Shown in pieces: positions 30,078-40,320 of a DNA stretch of 64,000 bases. The translations under genes and the position numbers were made by a program. The notes beneath the pieces are model-generated. The model had not been told where the DNA came from and did no database searches. It was given only the letters and a program-made list of their open reading frames with translations. Position 1 is the first letter of the stretch, and the number at the start of each line of letters is the position of its first letter. Origin of the DNA: an uncultured Chloroflexia bacterium (GTDB lineage: Bacteria; Chloroflexota; Dehalococcoidia; UBA2979); assembly GCA_963728205.1 (NCBI GenBank), contig CAVSIV010000002.1, positions 448,001 to 512,000 on the forward strand, in the 5' to 3' direction.

Positions 30078-30779
30078 TCAGCCCGCTGACGCGGAGCCGT
30101 TCGCCGCGGTGCGCTCTGCGCGCAGCGCCGCGTGCCAGGCGGTCCAGTTCGTCGCGGGGAGCGTGCCAGCGATGAAGCGCGCCTTCGTCTCCTCGCGGAC
30201 GCGGTCGGCCTCGGCGAGGAACTCCGCGAGCGTGCCGTCGTTGTGGAAGACGTAGTCGGCGCCGCCGGCGCGGTCGCGCCAGTTGCGCGCGGAGGCGAGC
30301 CGCTGTGTCGCCTCCTCCTCGCTGAAGCCGTTGCGCTCCATCAGCCGCGGCAGCGCGATCGCGTCCTCGGCGGCGACGAGCCACGTGGCGTCGCACCACT
30401 CGGAATAGCCGGCCTCCATCAAGTTCACCGCCTCGAGGATCGCGACCTGGTCGCGCGGCAGCGTCGCGCGCCACTCGTCGATCACGCGGTGCATCTCCCC
30501 GCCGATGTCGCCGATCGCCCGGGTCAGCGCGCTCATGCGCTCGCGGTTGCCGAAGACCTTGCTCCCCAGCACCTTGCGATCGATGTAGCCGTCGTCGCCG
30601 ACGATGTCCCGGCCGAACTCCCCGACGATGCGGTCGAACGCGGGCTTGCCCGGGTCGTACATGCGGTGGACGACCTTGTCGGCGTCGGCGTGGACCACGC
30701 CGAAGCGCTCGACGAGGTGCTGGCAGAGCAGGCTCTTGCCGGTCGCGATGGAGCCGGTGACGCCCAGGACAAGCGGCAT
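30078..30779 (-). CDS. coaE: Dephospho-CoA kinase
   Basis: LGVTGSIATGKS P-loop, DADKVVH, IDRKVLG, RLMERNG motifs. Confidence 0.9.
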   Translation of the reverse strand: MPLVLGVTGSIATGKSLLCQHLVERFGVVHADADKVVHRMYDPGKPAFDRIVGEFGRDIVGDDGYIDRKVLGSKVFGNRERMSALTRAIGDIGGEMHRVIDEWRATLPRDQVAILEAVNLMEAGYSEWCDATWLVAAEDAIALPRLMERNGFSEEEATQRLASARNWRDRAGGADYVFHNDGTLAEFLAEADRVREETKARFIAGTLPATNWTAWHAALRAERTAANGSASAG

Positions 30780-30845
30780 GCGTTCCCCCTCGGGTGTGTT
30801 GAGGGCGGCGGGACCGGGACAGGCTAGCGGCGCCGCGGGGCAGGG

Positions 30846-30982
30846 GCGAGCAGGGGTCGTCAGACCGCTGTTTCCGGGTGCGGCGACCGCGCGCGCTCCT
30901 CGGCACGCGGACCGCTCGTCGGGGGAGGCGATAACGACGGCCGCTGTGACCGGAAACAGGGGACTGACGCCGCCCTGCTCGC
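30846..30982. repeat. Inverted-repeat element family A, copy 1 (32-33 bp arms)
   Basis: GCGAGCAGGGGTCGTCAGACCGCTGTTTCCGG (30846-30877) ... CCGGAAACAGGGGACTGACGCCGCCCTGCTCGC (30950-30982). Confidence 0.8.
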
Positions 30983-30995
30983 GGCGGCGCGGAGG

Positions 30996-33345
30996 CTATG
31001 GCGTCCGCGTGAGCGTCAGCGTATGCGCCGCCGCCGCCCGCGCCGCCTCCGGGGCGAGGTGCATCGGGACGCGCTCGTGGTCGCGCCACGTCGCCACCTG
31101 GTCGGCGTAGTGGGGCGTGCCGGGCAGGCCGGAGGCGCCGCCGGGGATCGACCACGTCGCCGCCTCGGGGTCGGCGAAGTCGACGACCTGGCGGTAGACC
31201 GATACCGACGCGACGCGGAAGCCGGCGGTCGGGGCCCAGCCGTAGCCGGAGACCTGAAGCGTGTCCGGGTCGCCGCCGAGCGCGATTGCCGGCGGGTCGA
31301 GATTGGCGACAAGCTCGGGGATGACGGGCGAGAGCGTGTGCGGAGCGGCGGTCTCGTGCGCGGCGTCCCAGCGCCACGCGGCCGGGTCGGCGCTGCCGGC
31401 GGTGCGCGCGGCGGCCTGCCAGGCGTCGGCGAGCACCGGGGCGAGCACGTCGTCCCAGGCACGATTGCCGGGCGCGGTCGCCGCCGCGTCGAGGGTCATC
31501 GACACGTGGAACGCCCATTCGCTCACGAGCCGCGCGCCGCCGGTGTTCGCAGGGTCGACCAGCCACGCCCACGTGTCGTCGCCGACGATCGGCGCGAAGA
31601 GCGCGCGCGCCACGCGGCGACGGAACTCCGCGTACACGAGCGCGGCGCCGCTCTCCGGGCGCAGGTCGCCGTCCCACCCGGCGAGCAGCGCGCGGGCGCG
31701 CTCGGCGTCGCCGTCGAGCGCGCGACGCGTCGCCAGGAAGCGTGCCCATGCCCGCGCCGGCACCGACAGCGTGTCGCCCTGCAGCGCCGCGACCTGCTCG
31801 GGGGTGAACGGCGCGCCGCCGTTCGCGCCCGGCCCGAGGGCTTCCGCGATGCGCGTCGAGCGCGCCGGCGTCGCGAACTCGTGCGCGAGATACGGCTCAT
31901 CGCGGTCCCACGGCCGCTGGTTCGCCGTGCCGAAGAAGCCCTCGGGCGGATTGATCGCCTGCGGCAGCGACGCGAACGGCACGTCGCCCGTCCACTCGTG
32001 CTCGCCGGTCCAGCCGGGAACGACGAACTGCCGGCCCGCCGTCGACGCCCGCACCGGCACGCGGCCGCGGTAGAGGAAGCCGACGTTCCCCTCGACGTCC
32101 GCGCTCAGCAGCGCGTTCACCGGCTCCTCCCAGCCGCGCTGCGTCTCGTGCAACGCGCCGACCGTGTGCGCGGTGAGCATCGGCCGCAGGGTCTCCCACT
32201 GCCGGTTGGGCCGGTCGGTCGCGGTGTAGCGCATCGCGATGGCGCGTCCGTCGGCGGGGTCTCCGGCGATCACCGCGCCGTGGCGGGTCACCGTCACCGC
32301 GATCGGCTCGCTCGCCGCGCCGCGCACGCCGATCTCGCCGCGCTCGACCTCCGCCGTCGCCCAGCCGGAGTCCGTGCGGTAGCGCGTCGGGTCGGCCGAG
32401 TCGAACTCTTCGAGGTAGAGGTCCTGGTAGTCGGCCTGGCCGTGCGTGATGTTCCACGCCACCGCGCCGTTGTGCGCGAAGTGCGGGAAGGCCGGGAAGC
32501 CGGGGAAGGCGCCGCCGGCGACGTTGAAGTCGGGGCAGGTCACGTGCGCCTGCCAGTAGACGTTCGGGACGTCGAGCGGGCGATGGGAGTCGTTGCAGAG
32601 CACGGGGCGACCGGTCGTCGTGCGGCTGCCGGCGACGACCCACGAGTTCGACCCGCCCTCGTCGCTGGCGAGGGATCCCAGCTCGCGCGTGGCGCGGGCG
32701 ATGTCGGCGGCGGCCTGGCGCACGACGCCCGCCGTCGCGCCACCGGGCGGCAGGATCACGTTGAGCCCGGCGGGCTGGAGGTGCTCCAGGCGCGCGTAGG
32801 TCTCGGCGCCGACGCGGCGCAGCAGCTCGGTGCGTGCGAGCTTCACGCCGTACTTGCCCATGATCGCGTGGCGCACCTTGAACACCAGCACGGAGTGCCA
32901 CGGCTCCCATGGCTCGGGCTCACTCTCGGTCAGGGCGTACTCGACCGGCCGCGGCTGGCCGGAACGCAGGAAGGCGTTCACGCCGTCCGCGTAGGCGTCG
33001 AACATCGCGCGTGTCTCCGGCGACATCGCGTCGACGTCGGCGCGGGAGGCTGCGTCGAGACGGAGGCGGCGGAAGAGCCGATCACCGTCGAGGCCGGAAG
33101 GCCCGGCGAGCTCCGACCAGCGCCCGGTGCCGCGGCGGCGGTACCACTCCATCTGCCACAGCCGGTCCTGGGCGCTCGCGAAGCCCATCCCGAACCACGC
33201 GTCGTGCTCGGTCTCCGCCTGCACGTGTGGGATGCCATGCGCGTCGCGGTGGATCGCGACGGGGCGATTCGACGCCGGGCGCCGCGAGGGTGCCGTCCTG
33301 CTGCGGGACGGCGGCGGCGAAGTCGATGGTCGTGCGGGTGGCCAT
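30996..33345 (-). CDS. Penicillin acylase family (Ntn hydrolase), with a +1 frameshift near codon 28
   Basis: IHRDAHGIPHV, AQDRLWQME, GSNSWVV (catalytic Ser), NDSH; N-terminus MATRTTIDF lies in another frame, with an extra base in the G4 run at 33261-33264. Confidence 0.85.
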
Positions 33346-33362
33346 GGGGGCGCTCCGTTCAG

Positions 33363-33666
33363 GCGAGCAGGGCCGTCAGGCTGCTGTTTCCGGCTGCGAC
33401 CACCGCGGCGGTGCCTCCGGCTGGGGAAATCGCGGGGCGAGGATACGCGGGCGGTCCACCCGCGGCATGCCTTCAGGCCGCGGGACGATCGCGGCGGGGA
33501 CACGTGCGCGGTCGAGCCGCGGCGGCCCAGGAGGGAGGCGTCTGCGGGGTGAGCAGGGAGACCCGCGGCGCGGGGACGTGTCCTCTGCCGGCAGCGCGTC
33601 CTTCGTCGCGAGGAGGCGCGGGTGATGCGGGATGCCGGAACCAGCGGCCTGACGACCCCTGCTCGC
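33363..33666. repeat. Inverted-repeat element family A, copy 2
   Basis: Arms at 33363-33393 and 33635-33666 match family A; ~240-bp interior. Confidence 0.8.
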
Positions 33667-33697
33667 CGCGGCCGTGAGGTAGGCGCGGGGGAGGCCG

Positions 33698-34813
33698 CTA
33701 CTGCAGCATGCCGGCGGCGGCGATCGGCCATACCGCCTCGACCCTGCCACCGCGGACGGCATAGAGGCGGCGGTGCAGCAGGATCGTCGAGTCGGTGTAG
33801 TGCGGGATCAGCGTGACGCGGTCGCCGGGGGTCACCGTCGTGCCCTCGTCGCGATCGAAGATCGTGTGCTCGGCGTTCAGGCCACGGACGTGCAGGCCCG
33901 CGGGCGACACGACGAGCGGCTTGCCGGTGTGCATGCCCGTCGTCTTCCAGCCGGCGTCGCCGATGGCGCGGCCGGGCGTCGCGGTGCTCACGATCTGCAC
34001 GACGAGGAACAGCGCCTGGCGATGCCCGGGCACCTTCATCGCGTCCCCATACGTCTGGTCCATGAGCACGCCGCCGCCGGCCTGCAGCTCGTTGAGCGCG
34101 CCCAGCCGCGAGGCCATCCAGTAGTTGCCGGTCCCGCCGCCGCTCATCACGCGCACCGGCATGCCGGCGGCCTCCACCTGGCGGCGCGCCTCGGCGAAGA
34201 CGTCGGCGGCCAGCGACGACTTCGCCTCCTTCTCCTCGAGATCCGCGATGCCCATGACGTGACCCTCGTAGCCCATCAGCCCGCGCAGCGCGACGCCGGG
34301 CAGGTCGACGGCGAGGCGCGCGAGCGCGGGCGCCGCGTCGGGCGTGACGCCGCAGCGGTTCGCGCCGATGTTGATGTCGACGAGCACGTCGACGGTGACG
34401 CCGGCCGCGGCGGCGGCGCGCGACAGCTCGCGGAGGTTGCGCTCGTCGTCGACCGCGACGCAGAGGGCGCGCACGCGCCCGGCGAGCGCTACGAGACGCC
34501 GGATCTTGATCGGCCCCACGATCTCGTTCGCGATCAGGATGTCGTCGATGCCGCCGTCCGCCATCACCTCGGCCTCGCCGACCTTCGCGCAGGTGATGCC
34601 GACCGCGCCGCCGGCGATCAGCCGCTTCGCGAGCTCGGGCGCCTTGCTCGCCTTGACGTGCGGCCGCCACGCGACGCCGAGGCCGCGGGTGAGCCGGGCC
34701 ATCGTCGCGACGTTGTGCTCGAAGGCGTCGAGGTCGACGTAGAGCAGGGGCGTGTCGAGCGCATCGACGGGGAGGCCGATCTCGGCGGCGGGATCGGCGG
34801 CGACCTGGGTCAT
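33698..34813 (-). CDS. DSD1-family PLP enzyme (D-threonine aldolase/D-serine dehydratase-like)
   Basis: LDTPLL, RPHVK (PLP Lys), GLMGYEGH, SGGGTG, AEH motifs. Confidence 0.85.
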   Translation of the reverse strand: MTQVAADPAAEIGLPVDALDTPLLYVDLDAFEHNVATMARLTRGLGVAWRPHVKASKAPELAKRLIAGGAVGITCAKVGEAEVMADGGIDDILIANEIVGPIKIRRLVALAGRVRALCVAVDDERNLRELSRAAAAAGVTVDVLVDINIGANRCGVTPDAAPALARLAVDLPGVALRGLMGYEGHVMGIADLEEKEAKSSLAADVFAEARRQVEAAGMPVRVMSGGGTGNYWMASRLGALNELQAGGGVLMDQTYGDAMKVPGHRQALFLVVQIVSTATPGRAIGDAGWKTTGMHTGKPLVVSPAGLHVRGLNAEHTIFDRDEGTTVTPGDRVTLIPHYTDSTILLHRRLYAVRGGRVEAVWPIAAAGMLQ

Positions 34814-34947
34814 GGGACGGCTCCTGTGCGCGCGGCGGGTGGCGATGGAGGCACGATAGCAGCGCATGCACGGCGCGCGGCGGCGTTGCCGACCATCCTG
34901 CGGCCAGACGGGCAGGTCGGGACGCCGGCGAGTAACGCGTGCCGGAG

Positions 34948-36165
34948 CTACCCGCGAGGCAGCCCCAGCCCGCGCGTCGCGATCACGTTGCGCTGGATCT
35001 CGGACGTCCCGGCGCCAATCGTCTCCGACAGCGACGCGAGGTAGTACGTCCCCCACACGGCGCGGTCCGGCGTGCGCGGGTCGTTCTCGTCGTAGAGCAT
35101 CCCGTACGGGCCGAGCGCGCGCATCGCCGTGTTCGCCAGGCGCTGGTGCAGCTCGCTCGAGAACAGCTTCTGCACGCTCGCCTCGTAGTTCGGGATCACG
35201 CCGCGGTTCTGCAGCGTGATGATGCGGTTCGAGAAGTTACGGGCGACCTCGACCTCGGTCGCCCGCTCGGCCAGCGCCGCGCGCACCGGTGCGGAACGGC
35301 CCAGCGTCGTCCGGCCGCTGCCGGCGTCGCGCTCCGCGCGCAGCAGGCCGGTGAGCGCGTCGATCTTGTGCTTGAAGCCGACCGCCGAGCCGATCGACGA
35401 GCGCTCGAAGTCGAGGTGCGTCGCGCCCACGTACCAGCCGCGGTTCACCTCGCCGACGGCGTTCGACACCGGCACGCGCACGTCCTCGAAGAACACCTCG
35501 TTGAACGCCTTCGCGCCGCTGATCTGCTCGAGCGGGCGCACGGTGATGCCCGGCGTCTGCATCGACAGCAGCAGGTAGGTGATGCCGCGGTGTTTCGGCG
35601 CATCGGGGTCGGTGCGCACGAGCGCGAACATCATGTCGGCGATCGCCGCGCCCGACGTCCAGATCTTCTGGCCGTTGACGACAAAGTCGTCGCCGTCGCG
35701 CACGGCGCGCGTCTGGACCGACGCGAGGTCGGAGCCGGCGCCCGGCTCCGAGTAGCCCTGGCACCAGAACTCCTTGCCCTCGATCAGGGGCGGGATATAG
35801 CGGCGCTTCTGCTCGTCGCTGCCGTGCACGAGGATCGTCGATCCGACGTCGTGCACGCCCGCGACGGGCGCCTGCGACTCCGAGAAGACCTCGCGCAAGA
35901 TGAACTGCTGCATCGGCGACATGCCGGCGCCGCCGTACTCCTTCGGCCACGCCGGCGCGATCCAGCCGCGGTCGAGGATCGCCTTGCGCCAGGTGTCCAT
36001 TAGCGCGCGGCGGCGCTCCGTGGGCAGCGTGCCGCGGTGCATGCCGCCGAGCGTGCCCGCGTAGCGGGCGTCGTCGCGCAGCTCCCGCGGCAGATGCTCG
36101 TCGATGAAGCGCTGGACCTCGGCGCGCCAGGCCGCGTCCTCGGGGGTGTCGGCGAAGTCGACCAT
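34948..36165 (-). CDS. Acyl-CoA dehydrogenase
   Basis: WCQGYSEPGAGSDLAS, NGQKIWTS, FNEVFF, TIGAGTSEIQRNVIA. Confidence 0.92.
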   Translation of the reverse strand: MVDFADTPEDAAWRAEVQRFIDEHLPRELRDDARYAGTLGGMHRGTLPTERRRALMDTWRKAILDRGWIAPAWPKEYGGAGMSPMQQFILREVFSESQAPVAGVHDVGSTILVHGSDEQKRRYIPPLIEGKEFWCQGYSEPGAGSDLASVQTRAVRDGDDFVVNGQKIWTSGAAIADMMFALVRTDPDAPKHRGITYLLLSMQTPGITVRPLEQISGAKAFNEVFFEDVRVPVSNAVGEVNRGWYVGATHLDFERSSIGSAVGFKHKIDALTGLLRAERDAGSGRTTLGRSAPVRAALAERATEVEVARNFSNRIITLQNRGVIPNYEASVQKLFSSELHQRLANTAMRALGPYGMLYDENDPRTPDRAVWGTYYLASLSETIGAGTSEIQRNVIATRGLGLPRG

Positions 36166-36398
36166 GCGGGGGCCTCCTCGGTGTGGAGCGCATGCTACGA
36201 CCGTTCCGGGCGCGCGGCAGGCGTCCGAGCCTGCCGTGTGCCATGGCAGGCTCATGACACGGGAGCGTGCCACCTCGCACCTGCGGAGGCTGCCACAGCA
36301 CACGGCGGGCTCGGACGCCCGCCGCGCACCGGAGCGTCCGAGCGCATCGCCGTAGAATCTCCCGCGCCACTTCGTCCACGCAGTCGCCCGGGGTGCCC

Positions 36399-37601
36399 AT
36401 GGCTCGTCTTCCGTCCTCCTCGCTCACCCACCTGCAGTGCGCCGTCTGCGGCGAGCTGCACAAGGCCGCGGTGCCGCAGACCGTCTGCACCGCCTGCGGC
36501 CGGCCGCTGTACGCGCGCTACGACCTCGAACAGGCGCGCCGCACGTTCTCGCTTGACGCGCTCGCGGGGCGGCCGTGGGACATGTGGCGCTACGCCGAGG
36601 TGATGCCCGTCCTCGACCGCACCTTCGTCGTCTCGCTCGGCGAGGGGATGACGCCGCTGCTCCACCTCCCGCGCCTCGGCGCGACCATGGGCGTGCCGCA
36701 GCTGCACCTCAAGGACGAGGGCCAGAACCCGACCGGCACGTTCAAGGCGCGCGGCCTCTCCGCCGCGGTGTCGAAGGCGGCCGAGCTCGGCATCGGCGAC
36801 GTCGGCGTGCCGACCGCCGGCAACGCCGGCGCCGCGGCGGCCGCCTACGCGGCGCGCGCCGGCATCCGCGCGCACATCGCGATGCCGCGCGACGCGCCGC
36901 CGATGGTGATCGACGAGGTGCGCGCCTACGGAGGCGAGCTGGCGCTGGTCGACGGCCTGATCACCGACGCCGGGAAGCTGGTCGCCGCCGGCGTGCGCGA
37001 GAACGGCTGGCTCGACCTCTCGACGCTGAAGGAGCCGTACCGCGTCGAGGGCAAGAAGACGATGGGCTACGAGCTCTGGGAGCAGCTGGGCGGCGCGCTG
37101 CCGCAGGCGATCGTCTACCCCACGGGCGGCGGCACCGGCCTGATCGGCATGTGGAAGGCGTTCGACGAGCTCCAGCAGATGGGGCTGATCGGCCGCGAGC
37201 GCCCGCAGATGATCGCGGTGCAGGCCGAGGGCTGCGCGCCGATCGTGCGCGCGTTCGAGGCCGGCGCCGAGCGCGCGGAGCCGTGGGAGGGCGCGACGAC
37301 GATCGCGCCCGGCATCCGCGTCCCGGCGCCGTTCGCCGACGACCTCATCCTGCGCATCCTGCGCGAGAGCAACGGCACCGCGGTCGCCGTCTCCGACGAC
37401 GACATCCTCGAGGCGATGGGCACGCTCGCGGCGGAAGAGGGTGTCGACGCCTGCCCGGAGGGCGCGGCGACCGTCGCGGGGCTGCAGCGCCTGCTCGACA
37501 TCGGACGGGTCGACCCCGACATCAACATCGTGCTGTTCAACACCGGGACGGGTCTCAAGCACCCGGAGCTGCGGGAGCGCGTGCGCGGGGAGAGTGACTG
37601 A
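36399..37601 (+). CDS. thrC: Threonine synthase (or ThrC-like PLP enzyme)
   Basis: N-terminal CxxC..CxxC, SLGEGMTPL, NPTGTFKARG, EGKKTMG, PTGGGTG. Confidence 0.82.
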   Translation: MARLPSSSLTHLQCAVCGELHKAAVPQTVCTACGRPLYARYDLEQARRTFSLDALAGRPWDMWRYAEVMPVLDRTFVVSLGEGMTPLLHLPRLGATMGVPQLHLKDEGQNPTGTFKARGLSAAVSKAAELGIGDVGVPTAGNAGAAAAAYAARAGIRAHIAMPRDAPPMVIDEVRAYGGELALVDGLITDAGKLVAAGVRENGWLDLSTLKEPYRVEGKKTMGYELWEQLGGALPQAIVYPTGGGTGLIGMWKAFDELQQMGLIGRERPQMIAVQAEGCAPIVRAFEAGAERAEPWEGATTIAPGIRVPAPFADDLILRILRESNGTAVAVSDDDILEAMGTLAAEEGVDACPEGAATVAGLQRLLDIGRVDPDINIVLFNTGTGLKHPELRERVRGESD

Positions 37602-39092
37602 TGCCGGAGCAGTTCGATTCTCGTGATCCGCGGCGGCACCGTCGTCGACGGCACGGGCGCGCCGGCCGTGCGCGGCGACGTCGCCGTGCGCGGCGACCGC
37701 GTGGTGCGCGTCGGCGACGTGTCGGCGGACGCCGACGCCGGGGAGACCGTCGACGCCGCCGGCCACGTGGTGTGCCCGGGTTTCATCGACGTGCACGCCC
37801 ACGACGACACGCTCGTGCTGATCGAGCCCGACAACGAGGGCAAGGTCATGCAGGGCGTGACCACCGTGATCAACGGCAACTGCGGCGCCGGCGTGGTGCC
37901 GCCCGCCGAGAGCCGCCGCGTCCAGGAGCGCGCGGAGGCGATCCCCGCGTGGGACTCGTATCCCGGCTACTTCGACGCGATCGCGCGACAGCCCCCGTCG
38001 CAGAACGTCGCGACGCTCGTCGGCTTCGGGACCATGCGCGCCGGCGCGATCGGCGGCGCGGCCGTGCAGCGGCCGGCGACGCCCGACGAGGTCGAGCGCA
38101 TGCGCGGCTGGCTGCGGGACGCGCTCGCCGCCGGCGCCGTCGGCATGTCGACGGGGCTGATCTACGAGCCGGACCGCTACGCGACGACCGACGAGATCGT
38201 CGCGGTGGGTGCGCCGCTCGCCGAGTACGGGGCGCTGTACGCGTCGCACGTGCGCGGCGAGGGCGAGACGCTGCTCGCGGCGCACGCGGAGGCGATGACG
38301 GTGGGGCGGCGCATCGGCGTCGGCGTCGAGATCTCGCACCACAAGGCGAGTGGCCGCCCGTGGTGGGGGCGCGTGCGCGACTCGCTGCGGCAGATCGAGG
38401 GGGCGCGCGCGGCCGGCGAGGCGGTGAGCGCGGACCAGTACCCGTACACGGCCGGCAGCACGCGCCTCGCCGCGATGATCCAGAACGGCTGGTTCGCGCC
38501 CGGCGGCGACGCCGATCGCGGCATGGAGGTGCTGCTGGCGTCGGTGCCGCGTCGCCCCGAGTGGGAGGGGCGCTCGGTCGCGGCGCTGGCCGCCGAGCTC
38601 GACCTGCCGCTCGACCAGGCCGCGCAGCGGCTCGTCGAGGAGGGCGGGCCGTCGACCTTCGCGGTGATGTTCTCGATGGACGAGGACGACGTGCGCACGG
38701 TGATGCGGCACGAGTCGACGATGATCGGCACCGACGGCATCGGCTTCGGCTCGAAGCCGCACCCGCGGCACTACGGCACGTACCCGCGCATCCTCGGCCG
38801 CTACGTGCGCGAGGCGGGCGTGCTCACGCTCGAGCAGGCCGTCCACAAGATGACCGGCATGCCGGCGGCGAAGTTCGACCTGCCCGGGCGCGGGGTGCTG
38901 CGCGAGGGCGCGATCGCGGACCTCGTGGTGTTCGATCCCGAGACGGTGATCGACGTGGCGACGTACGAGGACCCGCGGCGGCCGCCGCTGGGAATGCCGT
39001 TCGTCTTCGTCAACGGCACGGCGGTCGTGCGCGACGGCCGGCACACGCACGCGCGCGTCGGGCGACCGGTGCGGCGCGGCGTCGACGGCTGA
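37601..39092 (+). CDS. N-acyl-D-amino-acid deacylase (D-aminoacylase); apparent +1 frameshift at ~37619, or GTG start at 37623
   Basis: IRGGTVVDGTG, PGFIDVHAHDD, GNCG, HVRGE, HPRHYGTYPR; ATG at 37601 gives MPEQFD, then an extra T before CTC GTG ATC. Confidence 0.88.
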
Positions 39093-39099
39093 GGTCGGC

Positions 39100-40281
39100 A
39101 TGGGGGCGGGAGCCGGCGCGGGACCCGACGCCGTCCGCCTCGCGGTGGTGCGCGCGGCGATGGAGCGCTTCGCGCGCGGCGAAGCCGTCGCCCAGCGCTC
39201 GCCGCTGTACGCGCACCTTGCGGCGCTGGCCGCGCGCGACGACGCGCTCTGCGCGGTCGCGGCCGACGCGCGCCCGGGCCAGCCGCCGCCCAACCTCTTC
39301 TTCGCCGCGGTGCACGCGCTGTTGCTGGCCGGCGCGGGGGACGGCGACGGCGGCGGCGACGGCGACAACGACGCGGGGGTCGAGCGGCGCCTCGCCGCGT
39401 ACTACCCGAGCGTCGGCGGGACGCGCGCGCCGGACGCCGCGCTCGACGACGCATTCCGCGCGTTCGTCGACGCGCGACGCGACCCGCTGCGCGTGTTGCT
39501 GCGCACGCGGCTGGTGCAGACGAACGAGGTGCGCCGCTGCGCGCTGCTGCTCCCCGCGCTGCGTGCGATCAGCGACGACGCGGCCATCACCGGGGGCGGC
39601 GCGCCACTGGCGCTGATCGAGATCGGGCCGTCCGCCGGGCTCAACCTGCTCCCCGACCGCTATGCCTACGACTACGCCGGCACGGCCGCCGGCGACCCCG
39701 CGTCGCCGCTGCGGCTCGCGACCGAGGTGCGCGGCGAGCAGCCGCCCGTCGCGCCGGTGCCGCGCGTGGCGTCGCGCCTCGGCATCGACCTGCACGCGCT
39801 GGACGTGCGCAACGACCACGACGTGCGCTGGCTCGAGGCGCTGACATGGCCCGAGCACGACGAGCGCCGGCGCGTGCTGCGCGCGGCGGTCGGGGTCGCG
39901 CGCGCGAATCCGCCGACGGTCGTCGGCGGCGACCTCTTCGAGCTGCTCCCGGCCGCCTTCGCCGACGCGCCGCGCGACGCCGCCGCCACGCTGATCGCGA
40001 CGTTCGTGCTCAACCAGTTCTCGCGGGAGATGCTCGACCGGCTCCGCGACCTCGTGCTCGCCGCGTCGCGGCGCCGCCCGATCTGGATGGTGCTGCTCGC
40101 GGCGAACCACTGGATCGGCGCGCCGTCGCCGCCCGACGGCACGGCCGATCTCTGGCTGGTGCGCGTGCGCAACGGCGAGGGCGTCGCGCAGTCGCTCGCG
40201 CGTGTCGACCCGCACGGCTGGTGGATCGAGTGGCACCCCGGGCCGGGCCTGGCGTGGCCGCCGGGACGGTTCATGGGATAG
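39100..40281 (+). CDS. DUF2332 family protein
   Basis: SPLY, VQTNEVRRC, EIGPSAGLNL..DRY, DPHG motifs. Confidence 0.82.
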   Translation: MGAGAGAGPDAVRLAVVRAAMERFARGEAVAQRSPLYAHLAALAARDDALCAVAADARPGQPPPNLFFAAVHALLLAGAGDGDGGGDGDNDAGVERRLAAYYPSVGGTRAPDAALDDAFRAFVDARRDPLRVLLRTRLVQTNEVRRCALLLPALRAISDDAAITGGGAPLALIEIGPSAGLNLLPDRYAYDYAGTAAGDPASPLRLATEVRGEQPPVAPVPRVASRLGIDLHALDVRNDHDVRWLEALTWPEHDERRRVLRAAVGVARANPPTVVGGDLFELLPAAFADAPRDAAATLIATFVLNQFSREMLDRLRDLVLAASRRRPIWMVLLAANHWIGAPSPPDGTADLWLVRVRNGEGVAQSLARVDPHGWWIEWHPGPGLAWPPGRFMG

Positions 40282-40320
40282 CCGTCGGCCGCGCGCCGGC
40301 GCATCACCGGCGAGCGCGTG

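Noticed and set aside
30996-34871. 1291-aa ORF suggesting a giant acylase
   Set aside because: The N-terminal ~500 codons overlap the DSD1 gene and repeat element out of frame; the real start is 33345 with a frameshift.
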